Assembly: GCF_009914755.1 (NCBI RefSeq)
Contig: NC_060939.1
Strand: one strand, 5' to 3'
DNA: 64,000 bases
Origin: the human T2T-CHM13v2.0 reference genome, Homo sapiens
Part shown: in pieces, positions 54,201 to 63,435 of the stretch
Numbering within the stretch: position 1 is the first letter of the stretch
Layout: every line of letters starts with the position of its first letter
Notes under the pieces: model-generated
Seen by the model: only the letters and a program-made list of their open reading frames with translations
Databases searched by the model: none
Told to the model about the DNA's origin: nothing
Made by a program: the position numbers and the translations under genes

Positions 54201-56545
54201 ACCACAGCATCAGCGTTCTGGAATCCAATGTGAGGGACAAACTTTCCGACCACAGCAGGAGTGTTTTGGAGTCCTATGTGAGGGACTGATATTCAGACCC
54301 CCGAAGCTCTGTTCTGGAATCCAAAGTGAGGGAGAAACACTCAGAACCCAGCAGCAGTGTTCTATAATCCTAGGTGACAGAGAAACATTTAGACCCTCCT
54401 GGCAATGTTCTGGAATCCTATGTGAGAGACACACATTCAGAACACAGCAGGAGTGTTCTTGAATCCTAAATGAGGGACAAACAAGCAGAACTCAGCAGCA
54501 GTGTTCTGGAATTCTATGTGAGGGACAAACATAAAGACCACATCAGGAGAGTTCTGGAATCCTATGTGCCCAAAAACATTCAGATCCCAGCAGCAGTGTT
54601 CTTCGATCCTATGTGAGGGAAAACATTCAGACCCTCGTAGCAGTGTTCTTAAATGCTATGTGAGGGACAAACATTCAGAACCTCTTAGCAGTGTTCTGGA
54701 ATCCTATCTGAGGGACAAACATTTAGACCCAAGTAGCTGTGCTCTGGAATCTTACGTTAAGTACAAACACTCAGAAACCAACAGCAGTGTTCTGGAATCC
54801 TAAGTGAGGGACAAACTTTCAGACCACAGCACGAGTGTTCTGGAATCCTGAGTGAGAGACAAACATTCGGAACACAGCAGGAGTGTTCTGGAATGCTACG
54901 TCAGGGAGAATAATTCAGACCCTCGTAGCAGTGTTCTGGAATCCTATGTGAGGGACAAACATTCAGACTCCAGTAGCAGTGTTTTGGAATCCTATTTGAG
55001 GGAGAAACACTCAGACCAGAGAAGAAATGTTTTGGAATCCTATCTGAGGGGGAAACATTCAGAACACAGCAGGATAGATCTGGAAACCCTTGTGAGGCAC
55101 AAACACCCAGATGACAGGAGGAATGTTCTGGAATCCTATATAAGGGTCAAGTATTCAGACCACAGCAGTAGTGTTCTGGAATCCTATATAAGGGACAAAC
55201 ATTCAGACCCTCGTAGCAGTGTTCTGGAATCCTATGTAAAAGACAAACACTCAGAAACCAGGAGCAGTGTTCTGTAATCCTTTGTGAGGGAGAAACTTTC
55301 AGACCACAGAAGGAGTGTTCTGGAATCCTAAGTGAGGGACAAACATTCAGACCAAAGCAGCAGTGTTCTGGACTCCTATGTGAGGGACAAACATTTAGGC
55401 CCACGTAGCAGTGTTCTGGAATCCTATGTGAGGGACAAATACTCAGAACCCAGAAGCTGTGTTCTGGAATCCTATCTGAGGGACAAACATTCAGAGCAGA
55501 GCAGGAATGTTCTGGAGTCCTATGTGCGGGACAAACTTTCAATCCCTCATAGCAGTGTTCTGGAATCCTATGTGATGGACAAACATTTACAACCATGAGG
55601 CAGTGTTCTGGAGTCATACGTGAGGAACAAACACTCAGATCCCAAACTCAGTGTTCTGGAATCCCATCTGAGGGACAAACATTCAGACCAGAGCAGGAGT
55701 GTTCCGTAATCCTATGTGAGGTACAATCATTCAGACCCTCGTAGCAGTGTTCTGCAGTCCTATGTGAGGGACAAACACTCAGAACCCAGCAGCATTGTTC
55801 TGGAATCTTATATGAGGGACCATCATTCAGACCACAGCTGGCATCTCCTGGAATCCTACGTGTGGGACAAGCATTCAGACTCTCGTAGCACTGTTCTGGA
55901 ATCCTAGGTTAGGAAAATACATTCAGAACACAGCAGGAGTGTTCTGGAGTCCAATGTGCGGAACAAACATTGAGACCCTTGTAGCACTGTTGTGGAATCC
56001 TATGTGAGGGAGAAACACTCAGAACCCAGCAGCAGTGTTCTGGAATCCTATGTGAGGGACAATCATTCAGACCACAGCTGGAGTGTTCTGGAATCCTACT
56101 TGTGGGACAAGCATTCAGACCCTCGTAGCATTGTTCTGTAATCCTATGTTAGGAAATCACATTCAGAACACAGCAGGAGTGTTCTGGAGTCCTATGTGAG
56201 GGACAAAGATTCAGACCCTCATAACAGTGTTCTGGAACCTTATGTGAGGTACAAACATTCAGACCCCCCTAGCAGTGTTCTGGAATTGTATGTGAGGGAC
56301 AAACACTCACAACCCAGCAGCAGTGTTCTGGAATCTTATCTGACGGACAAACATTCAGACTAGGGGAGGAGTGCTCTAGAACCCTGTGTGAGGTACAATC
56401 ATTCAGACCGCAGCAGGACTGTTCTGGAATCATATGTGAGGGGCAATCATTCAGACCACAGCTGATGTGTTCTGGAATCCTACGTGTGGGACAGGCATTC
56501 AGACCCTCGTAGCATTGTTCTGGAATCCTATGTTAAGAAAATACA

Positions 56546-56638
56546 AATGTAAGGCTGAAAGCTGTAAAACTCCTACACAAAAATATAAGGGAAAAATATG
56601 CAACGTTATGCCATTGAATTTGGCAGTGGGATCTTGAC
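56546..56638 (+). mobile_element. Old LINE-1 (L1M-type) ORF2 3' fragment abutting the satellite end
   Basis: aaatgtaaggctgaaagctgtaaaactcctacacaaaaatataagggaaaa...tatgccattgaatttggcagtg resembles the recalled L1M segment aaatgtaagacctgaaactataaaactcctagaagaaaacataggggaaaagcttcatgacattggatttggcaatg. Confidence 0.6.
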
Positions 56639-56639
56639 T

Positions 56640-56915
56640 GCCAGCTGCCCCACATCCCTGGAGCATCCATCCGCTCACCGCTGCCGGGTGCTGGGTCCTT
56701 CCACACCTGTCACGCTACTTTGTGAGGGGCTCTGAGGGGCACCAGCCAGGACCCCACGCTGAGCACAGGGCACAGGCCGGGCATTGTCAGGCTATTCGCT
56801 GGCAGGCTATCCCCACGCCCGCCTCAGACTCCAGGAGGAAGGGCGGCCTGATCCGAGCCTGCGGAAGGAGGAAGAAGCACGTTTCCTGAGCCAACAGGGA
56901 CACAGAGGCGGATGC
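56640..56915. other. GC-rich patch with residual CpGs
   Basis: Visibly GC-rich with several CpGs, followed by AT-rich sequence. A minus-strand donor-like GCG|GTGAGC has its GT at 56678-56677. Confidence 0.4.
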
Positions 56916-57144
56916 CATAAAATTATATGGCATATATTTTGAAACATGGCCGCAATTTGAATAACTAGAATATCTAAAAACTCCAAAGATTATTATGCTG
57001 AAACGGCACCAAAAATTATCATTCCAGTGACTACAGGGAATTTTTAATAGTTGCTATTTTTATAATAAAATTAAACTTTAATGAAATAACTGACTTTCAA
57101 ACTTCAGCAAGAGGACAAATATTCAGCCAGAGATATCAGTTCCC

Positions 57145-57525
57145 AGTTTCTGCTCCGGGTCTTCTCTGGTCTTCCACAGCCCCTCCTGCATCACCCAGGG
57201 CTAAAGGGCCACCTGGCCTGGCCTGAATCCCCTCGTCCCTCCGCTTCCTCACTCAGCTCCTTCAGCGCCCTCCTGAGGCAGGGGCGGCAAACTGTCCAGA
57301 GCTGGAGGCTCCCTCGACCAGGGCAGCACCGCTCCGCCCCTCTCCGCACCTGCCCAGCCCCTGGCAAAGGACGTGCCTGGGCCTGGCCCACTGCACGTCC
57401 CCCAACGCCTGCCCTGTGCCTGCAACGGCGACGCTGCCAACAACAGGTGCCAGAGGCTGAGGCGCAACCCCCCCCAGAGCGCAGGGTTCCCACTCACCTG
57501 GGAGTGGGGACACGCCCCTCCTGGT
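57145..57525. promoter_or_regulatory. GC-rich, decayed CpG-island-like patch with GC boxes and a consensus minus-strand splice donor
   Basis: Contains GGGGCGG (~57281) and CCGCCCC (~57334) GC-box-like motifs. The minus strand reads CAG|GTGAGT with the GT at 57497-57496. Confidence 0.35.
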
Positions 57526-58217
57526 AGGTTGTACTGTTAAGATTATTTCCTTATTTATTTTACTTAAAACTGGTAGAATGTTACTATTATATGACGTACC
57601 CATGATTCTACCAGTAAATTTGGGCATACGTTTATTAGTTTTTGTTAGATTAACTAGTTCTTTTGTTTCTGTTATTAAGGTGAAATTTAAATTCTATCTG
57701 AAATCAGTAAGATACAGAGAGATTTTAATGAGAAGTGAGTATTTTTTTCTAAAGGGGAACTGATATCTCTGGCTGAATATGTGTCTTCTTGCTGAAGTTT
57801 GAAAGTCAGTTATTTTATTAAAGTTTAATTTTACTATAAAAATAACAACTATTAAAAATTCCCTGTCATCATTGGAAGGATAAATTTTGGTGCAGTGTTA
57901 GTATAACAATATTTCGAATTTTTAAATGTTCTAATTATTCAAATTGTGGTCATGCTTTAAAAATATATGCCATAGAAGTTATGTTATTTTAAAATACCAT
58001 TCTTTATTATGGGAAGAAGCAGTAAATTCACCTTAACTGTAGCAGACTCTAGAGCTGGCTAAAACACCCTTTAGAGGTTAAATTGTAATGAGGTAGACCA
58101 TCAATGCAAAAAACAGTTTTTTTAGTTGTTCCGCTACCTGTGCAAAACTTATTAGAAGAATGTTCAGAAATTAAAATCTGTGTTTGTTAAGACTTGTTTC
58201 TGCTGGGGGTTTTAGAA

Positions 58218-58338
58218 TGTAATAAAAGCTATAAATAAAATTCTAAGCCCCGTATCAACTGAACATACTTCCTCTTGAGCAAGAAGACCCCAGAAAAAAA
58301 CTTAAAAACTGAATTTCTGGCTATGACAGCAAGAGAGG
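58218..58338 (+). mobile_element. MER4-group-like (ERV1) LTR, 5' portion (host of the ERVL-like insertion)
   Basis: tgt...aaataaaattctaagcccc...caactgaac...cctcttg...gaccccaga...cttaaaaactgaatt...ggctatgac resembles the recalled start of MER4-group LTRs. Subfamily not determined. Confidence 0.6.
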
Positions 58339-58822
58339 TGTTATGTGCAGGAGATGCTCCAGGGAAGAAGAAAACACACACACACAATACCTTTAAAGGT
58401 CAACAAACTCGATCCCACATAAATGGCATTTCAGATATAATAAGCAAATGATAGAATAAGCAAATTGATACAATAAGCAAATTGCAGTGGGAAGGGGAGA
58501 AGGAAAAAAATGTGTATATATATATATATATATGAGGATAGACTATGCAGGATTCATCACCAGACCGAGAAGCAACAGCCTGGGCTCCAGAGTCAGCCAC
58601 TCATCCATGCACAAAGGAACACAAAAAGGTCAATTTGCTTTTGCCGTTGTCTGTTGTTTTTCAATAACTAAAGTATAGGAATAGATTGAAATAGAGATTT
58701 CTCTGAAACAGTGCTGGATGAATGCCTCAAGGGGCTCACAAAACCTATTCCGAGACTTGGTGACCATTATTTGTGTCCATGTTCAATTGAGTTTAAATAT
58801 ATTATTTAACTTTTTCTGCATA
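58339..58822 (-). mobile_element. 3' LTR of the ERVL-like element (LTR66-like by recollection)
   Basis: Starts TATGCAGAAAAAG (decayed TG start) about 18 bp after the env stop and ends ...cctgcacataaCA. Contains (TA)n at ~58515-58533 and three copies of aataagcaaat. Homologous to 61960-62225 in reverse complement. Confidence 0.7.
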
Positions 58823-58840
58823 TTCGGTCCCAACTGATAC

Positions 58841-59900
58841 TCAAATGTAGGAAAATACCCTTACAGATATACGAGGAATACATAATTGGTAGAGGTTACA
58901 GAAGCAGGGTAAGCAGAGGAGAATTAAAACACAGTTAATAAAAACCGCACCCACCAAGGCCAACGCCAATGCCAGTTGGACAGCCAATTCATAATGGGGT
59001 CCTGACAGTTAGATTTTGTTTTGCTTGTCCTTGCATGTCTTGTGCGAGGAGAGTAATATTGTGAGAACTGTCAGGGATACACACACAAAATTCAGTATGC
59101 AGCAAGGCTGAAAAGCTCCTTGGGCTGCGGTAAACATACCTAATGCCATTTGATTTTGCAACACAACAGTACACAACTGAGCAAATTCCTCTGATAACAA
59201 CATAAGTCCAGTGCTACTACCATTAAGAGCTTTTTCTACATGTAAGCTTAATATTTAAATTTTTTGCTGAAGCAGAATTGTATCAGTGGCAGAGGAGAAC
59301 ACTGTTATAGGGTACACCCCATCAGGGATTCTGGCGCATTTGTAACCAGTGATGTTTGGAAGCATCTAGATTTAGGAAAGAGGTTGTGTTTCACTGGGGA
59401 CAATGCTGTTGATTTGGAGTATGTGTTGACAATTGTCTGGTGGGAGAAGCCCCAGAGTAACATTAAAAGAGCCATTTAAGGCCTCCAGACAAAGGGGGGG
59501 TGCGGTGCCATATGGAGTTCAGCTACCGGTATGGTAGGTTCCATGTATATGTCTTTCCAGGTATATTGGGTAGGATACAAAGGCTTTTGATGCATTGCAA
59601 AAGTGGATTTCTCCTTTTGTCAGACTTGGGCAAAAATAGACTCTTTGATTTGGTTAAAAGAAGTCCAGGTGGGATTACAGGTGCTATTCTCCTGACCCCC
59701 TTGGCAGTGATGTAACCACTTGGAAATGTTGGCAGAGACAATTTTTTAAGGGAGCCCATTCCCTGCAGCCTGTGGCAATTCGACTATAAGGCAGCACTAA
59801 CTGCAGTTGACTTCTTTTGCAGCGGTGGCTACCCAGTTGCTAAATGCATTCTTGGCCTCAGACACAAAGAAGAAGGTGCTGACCATCATTCGATAGGCTA
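58841..59900 (-). pseudogene. env: env remnant (gamma-type SU/TM), disrupted by stops and frameshifts
   Basis: Immunosuppressive-domain-like VVLQNQMALGMFTAAQG, then decayed CX6CC region (SALLHTEFCVCIPDSSHNIT), W-rich membrane-proximal segment WLSNWHWRWPWW, hydrophobic LILLCLPC, and stop at 58843-58841. A decayed SU-like N-terminus lies near 59850-59750. Confidence 0.8.
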
Positions 59901-60004
59901 TTCCTTTTAATAACAAAAACAGAGGGGAACATAACATTGTTTTTAAAATTTTACTACTCCCCTCATTTTCTGCCCCCATACTGTGGACCCAGGATTTAAG
60001 CTGC

Positions 60005-60265
60005 CCACTTTGGTGGACCCAAATCCTCCAGTTCTATATTATGTTCCTACTGGGGCAGAAATTTCCTCGGGGGTTAATTGGTGACACGGTACTACCAGTA
60101 GCTGAGCAATCTGCATCTGTGGCTTTATGGCAAAAGAATTTTCGGTGGTATTGTGTTAAAAGATTTTTAACTCTCACCGGTAATCACTATCAATTACACC
60201 ACCATACACTATAATGCCTCTCATTCCAATGCTTGGACGTGTTGTAATCCATTCATCCACATTTG
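60005..60265 (-). pseudogene. dut: Retroviral dUTPase remnant (motifs 2-5)
   Basis: Manual translation gives WITTRPSIGMRGIIVYGGVIDSDYR*ELKIF*HNTTENSFAIKPQMQIAQLLVVPC, then after a frameshift YRTGGFGST. Confidence 0.85.
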
Positions 60266-60269
60266 AGTT

Positions 60270-61530
60270 TGCAGTTATGGTGGAAATTTTGGCCTGTTGA
60301 CCTGCCTGCTGATTAATTAGTCTGCCAAGAGAAAGCAGAGATGAATGAGCATCAACATAACAGTGTTAATGGTAGGGTGCACAGGGATTCAGATATCTTC
60401 CCTGTATTCTTTCCCCAAACCTCTTTATTCCCAATTAACAATTTGCCTCATTGCCATTGAGGCATCTAGGTAGTAAGACCATTTGCTACTGACCAAGAGT
60501 TGGTATACAAGTGTCAAATCCCTCTGGCCTTCTTCTGAATAGCTGGGAAGATGGCTACTAGCTCAGCCAGCTGGCTGCTCCCATCCCTTCCTTCATCAGA
60601 AATACTTATGTTTTTAACAGGATTATAAGCCACGGCCTCCCCGCATCGGGTCCCACCAATGTATTTGGCAGATCCATCAGTAAATCAAGCATGTTTCTGA
60701 TGCTTTGGATGAGGCAGGTCTCTTTCCCTGCCTGCAGGACTTGTTCGGTGGCTTTCTGAGTTGGCAAATTTTTTAAAAACGATACCCCCTTTGGTCCTGG
60801 CTTTGCCCTATCTTGTATATACCATTCCATTATGTGATGCTACTTTCTTCAGCATGCCCTATTCGATGGGTTTTGGTGGACCTCATGACCCAAGTCATAA
60901 TAGGAATTTCAGGCCTTATGAAGACATCATGGTTGAAGCAGAGAGTCTCCATTTCCAGCAAAGCACGATAGCAAGCTAACAGTCGCTTCTCAAAAGGATT
61001 ATAAGCTTCGCCAGCCTCTGGCAGCTTCCGGGTTTGAAACCCCAAGAGTCCCCTCTTCCCATCTTGTTTCTGCCAAAGGCTCCAATTAGCATGTTAATCC
61101 AGGACAGTTGTTTGCAATTCTACTGGCCCATCCCATATGGGCCATCCAGGGCCAGATGCACTGCTTGCTTAGCTTGCTCAAAGGCTGTGTTCTCTTTCTA
61201 CCTCCAGTGAAAGTCATTATATTTTCTAGTGACTGCATACAGAGGTTGTGAGATGTTACCCAAATCGGGAAGATGTCTCCAGAATTCAAACAAGCCAATA
61301 AATTTCTGGGCCTCCTTTTTAGTGGTAGGGGTTGCAAATTCTAGTATTTTAACCATAGCCTTTGGTAAAATGGACTTTTTCCTTGCTTTCCATGGGATGC
61401 AAAGCAATTTTATAGTTTGTGCAGGTTCTTGAAATTTGTAAAGGCTAATTTCCCATTCTTCAGATAGGAACTGGGTTTTTACCCACTCCAAACCCCAGCT
61501 GACTCGTTCTTCAGTTTTACCCTGACCACA
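60270..61530 (-). pseudogene. pol: pol remnant: RT thumb/connection and RNase H; RT catalytic core and integrase core absent
   Basis: ORFs 61198-61491, 60830-61045 and 60606-60830 carry ERV-L-like RT/tether peptides. Manual translation shows RNase H motifs *FTDGSAKY (60690-60661), SSQLAELVA, LYTNSWSVANGL and VDAH...NQQAG. Confidence 0.85.
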
Positions 61531-61539
61531 CCACTTGCA

Positions 61540-61830
61540 CAGCTGTTTTTTTCATCAATAATCTGTTAGCTTTGAGCCTGATCAGTCAAGGCATAGGCCT
61601 GAAATTGAGCCAGGGCCAGTCTGGAAGTCAGAGTAGTGTTTTCTTTTTCCAGCTTACATTTATCTTGTAGCAATTGATTTCTATCTCAACACATTAACTT
61701 ATAAGCAGTAAGCAAACACCATCTATGCTAAGAGATCCCCCTGGCATCTCCTTTGCTGACTGAAATCCCCTGCAGCACTTCATGCACAGTCAAAGGTTCA
61801 AATTCCACTAATTTAGATGCCCAATTTTCA
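61540..61830 (-). pseudogene. gag: Probable gag N-terminal remnant
   Basis: Position upstream of pol. Manual translation ...RWCLLTAYKLMC*DRNQLLQDKCKLEKENTTLTSRLALAQ... resembles the WxLL plus coiled-coil N-terminus of ERV-L Gag. Confidence 0.45.
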
Positions 61831-61942
61831 CTAAGGTCAGTTCCCCCCGACCATTCAATTGCCAAGAGGGAGAACTGGAGGAGTTTCTATCCTGGAATGT
61901 GGGAAGTCCCTGAGCTTCCAGCCGTGATCTTGAAGCTGAAAA

Positions 61943-62225
61943 GTGAATCCTCCATAGTCTGGTGGGTGTAGTAGCCAACTCTGGAGCCTAGGCTGTTGCT
62001 TCCCCATCTGGCCATGAATGCTGTATAGCCTGGTGAGTACATATACATAGATATAGATATAGATAGATAGATACATACATACATAGATATAGATAGATAG
62101 ATAAAAATATAGATATAGATATAGATATCTGCAATGCCATTTACATGGGATAAAAAAGTTGTTTACCCTTAAAGGTATTGTGTGTGTGTCTTTTCTTCTC
62201 CCATCAGCATCTCCCACACAGAACA
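61943..62225 (+). mobile_element. Partial LTR (3' half) of the same family, inverted relative to the ERV internal genes
   Basis: actctggagcctaggctgttgcttc...atatctgcaatgccatttac...aaaggtattgtgtgtgtgtcttttcttctccc...agcatctcccacacagaaCA aligns to the reverse complement of 58339-58610. ORFs 58487(+) and 61887(-) share SNSLGSRV. Confidence 0.85.
62041..62128. repeat. Compound (TAGA/TATAGA/TACA)n microsatellite inside the inverted LTR
   Basis: atatacatagatatagatatagatagatagatacatacatacatagatatagatagatag... read directly from the sequence. Confidence 0.9.
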
Positions 62226-62530
62226 GGAGGAGACAGACAGGCCTTGTTACACACCTGTTTGCTGTTGTACCTCTGTTTGCTCTTTAGGTACAACAAATCA
62301 TCAGCACTGATGTTAAAATAGAGATCATAAGACTGACAAAACTGACTCTGTGGCAATATAATACCAAATTATTGTCACAATTTAAGGCAGTGCAAGGCAA
62401 GTGTTAAGCCATGCATGCAGGCCAGCAATCTTGCTACATAGCATCCCTATCTCCACTTAAGAGTTAAAACTTTTATATCAGCTGACTCCAAGTTTTAGAT
62501 AGAACATTACCCCTTTAACAGTTAAGCAAG
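62226..62530 (+). mobile_element. Continuation of the MER4-group-like LTR
   Basis: cagcactgatgttaaaatagagatcataagactgacaaaactgactctgtggcaatataataccaaattat matches the recalled MER4-group sequence that follows the segment ending at 58338. Confidence 0.6.
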
Positions 62531-62531
62531 A

Positions 62532-63435
62532 GGGAGGAGCCAAGATGGCCGAATAGGAACAGCTCCGGTCTACAGCTCCCAGCCTGAGGGAGGCAAAAGA
62601 CGGGTGATTTCTGCATTTCCATCTGAGGTACCGGGTTCATCTCACTAGGGAGTGCCAGACAGTGGGTGCAGGCCAGTGGGTGCACGCACCGTGCGCGAGC
62701 CGAAGCAGGGCGAGGCATTGCCTCACTTGGGAAGCGCAAGGGGTCAGGGAGTTCCCTTTCCAAGTCAAAGAAAGGGGTGACGGACGCACCTGGAAAATCG
62801 GGTCACTCCCACCCGAATATTGCGCTTTTCACACCGGCTTAAAAAACGGCGCACCACGAGATTATATCCCACACCTGGCTCGGAGGGTCCTACGCCCACG
62901 GAATCTCACTGATTGCTAGCACAGCAGTCTGAGATCAAACTGCAAGGTGGCAGCGAGGCTGGGGGAGGGGCACCCGCCATTGCCCAGGCTTGCTTAGGTA
63001 AACAAAGCAGCCGGGAAGCTCGAACTGGGTGGAGCCCACCACAGCTCAAGGAGGCCCGCCTGCCTCTGTAGGCTCCAACTTTGGGGGCAGGGCACAGACA
63101 AACAAAAAGACAGCAGTAACCTCTGCAGACTTAAATGTCCCTTTCTGACAGCTTTGAAGAGAGCAGTGGTTCTCCCAGCACGCAGCTGGAGATCTGAGAA
63201 CCAGCAGACTGCCTCCTCAAGTGGGTCCTTGACCCCTGACCACCGAGCAGCCTAACTGGGAGGCACCCCCCAGCAGGGGCACACTGACACCTCACACAAC
63301 AGGGTATTCCAACAGACCTGCAGCTGAGGGTCCTGTCTGTTAGAAGGAAAACTAACAAAGAGAAAGGACATCCACACCGAAAACCCATCTGTACATCACC
63401 ATCATCAAAGACGAAAAGTAGATAAAACCACAAAG
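62532..63435 (+). promoter_or_regulatory. L1 5'UTR internal sense/antisense promoter with YY1 site
   Basis: YY1 motif CAAGATGGCC at 62541-62550. CpG-rich 5' half with partial CpG decay. Confidence 0.85.
62906..62980 (-). pseudogene. ORF0: L1 ORF0, truncated to 24 aa
   Basis: ATG at 62980-62978 gives MAGAPPPASLPPCSLISDCCASNQ*. Codon 25 is TGA (62908-62906) where the consensus has CGA. Confidence 0.8.

Larger units (their letters stand above)
1..56545. repeat. CER-type 48-bp satellite array (D22Z3-like), ~1,180 diverged monomers, runs off the left edge of the window
   Basis: Continuous 48-bp periodicity with approximate consensus GTGTTCTGGAATCCTATGTGAGGGACAAACATTCAGACCC(TCGT/CAGC)AGCA. Its reverse complement (TTCCAGAACACTGCT...TGTTTGTCCCTCACATAGGA) matches the CER consensus as I recall it. 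The ORF track shows the 16-aa period (VLESYVRDKHSDPRSS). The array ends at ...tatgttaagaaaatac near 56545. Confidence 0.93.
58339..62225 (-). mobile_element. Internally deleted class III (ERVL-like, possibly HERVL66/LTR66-type) endogenous retrovirus, 3.9 kb
   Basis: Minus-strand order is gag-N remnant, RT C-terminus, RNase H, dUTPase, env, LTR. Pol peptides (PTTKKEAQKFIGLFEFWR; YNPFEKRLLACYRALLE; WYIQDRA) are ERV-L-like. Flanks are agagg (58334-58338) and ggagg (62226-62230). Confidence 0.85.

Noticed and set aside
368-55907. Hundreds of 60-295 aa ORFs on both strands (VLESYVRDKH..., HRIPEHCC..., CSGILCEGQTF...)
   Set aside because: The 48-bp unit is 16 codons with stop-poor frames, so ORFs arise automatically. 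They start and end at random mutations, overlap in several frames and show no gene structure.
1-56545. CRISPR-like appearance (conserved ~36-bp part plus variable ~12-bp part)
   Set aside because: The variable parts are short, homologous to each other and reused. There are no cas genes and the context is primate L1/ERV DNA.
1-56545. Alpha satellite, HSat2/3 or CENP-B boxes
   Set aside because: The period is 48 bp, not 171 or 5 bp. GGAAT occurs once per monomer and I saw no CENP-B box.
57191-57763. ORFs of 61-121 aa in the GC-rich patch
   Set aside because: Overlapping low-complexity frames typical of GC-rich DNA, with no recognisable domain.
58339-62225. DNA transposon or DIRS element suggested by the terminal inverted repeats
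   Set aside because: The interior is retroviral (pol, dUTPase, env) with no transposase or tyrosine recombinase, and the inverted repeats are LTR-derived.
58339-62225. L1-mediated processed ERV copy with twin-priming 5' inversion
   Set aside because: The 3' LTR runs to its terminal CA with no poly-A tail, and the flanking duplication is 5 bp rather than a typical longer L1 TSD.
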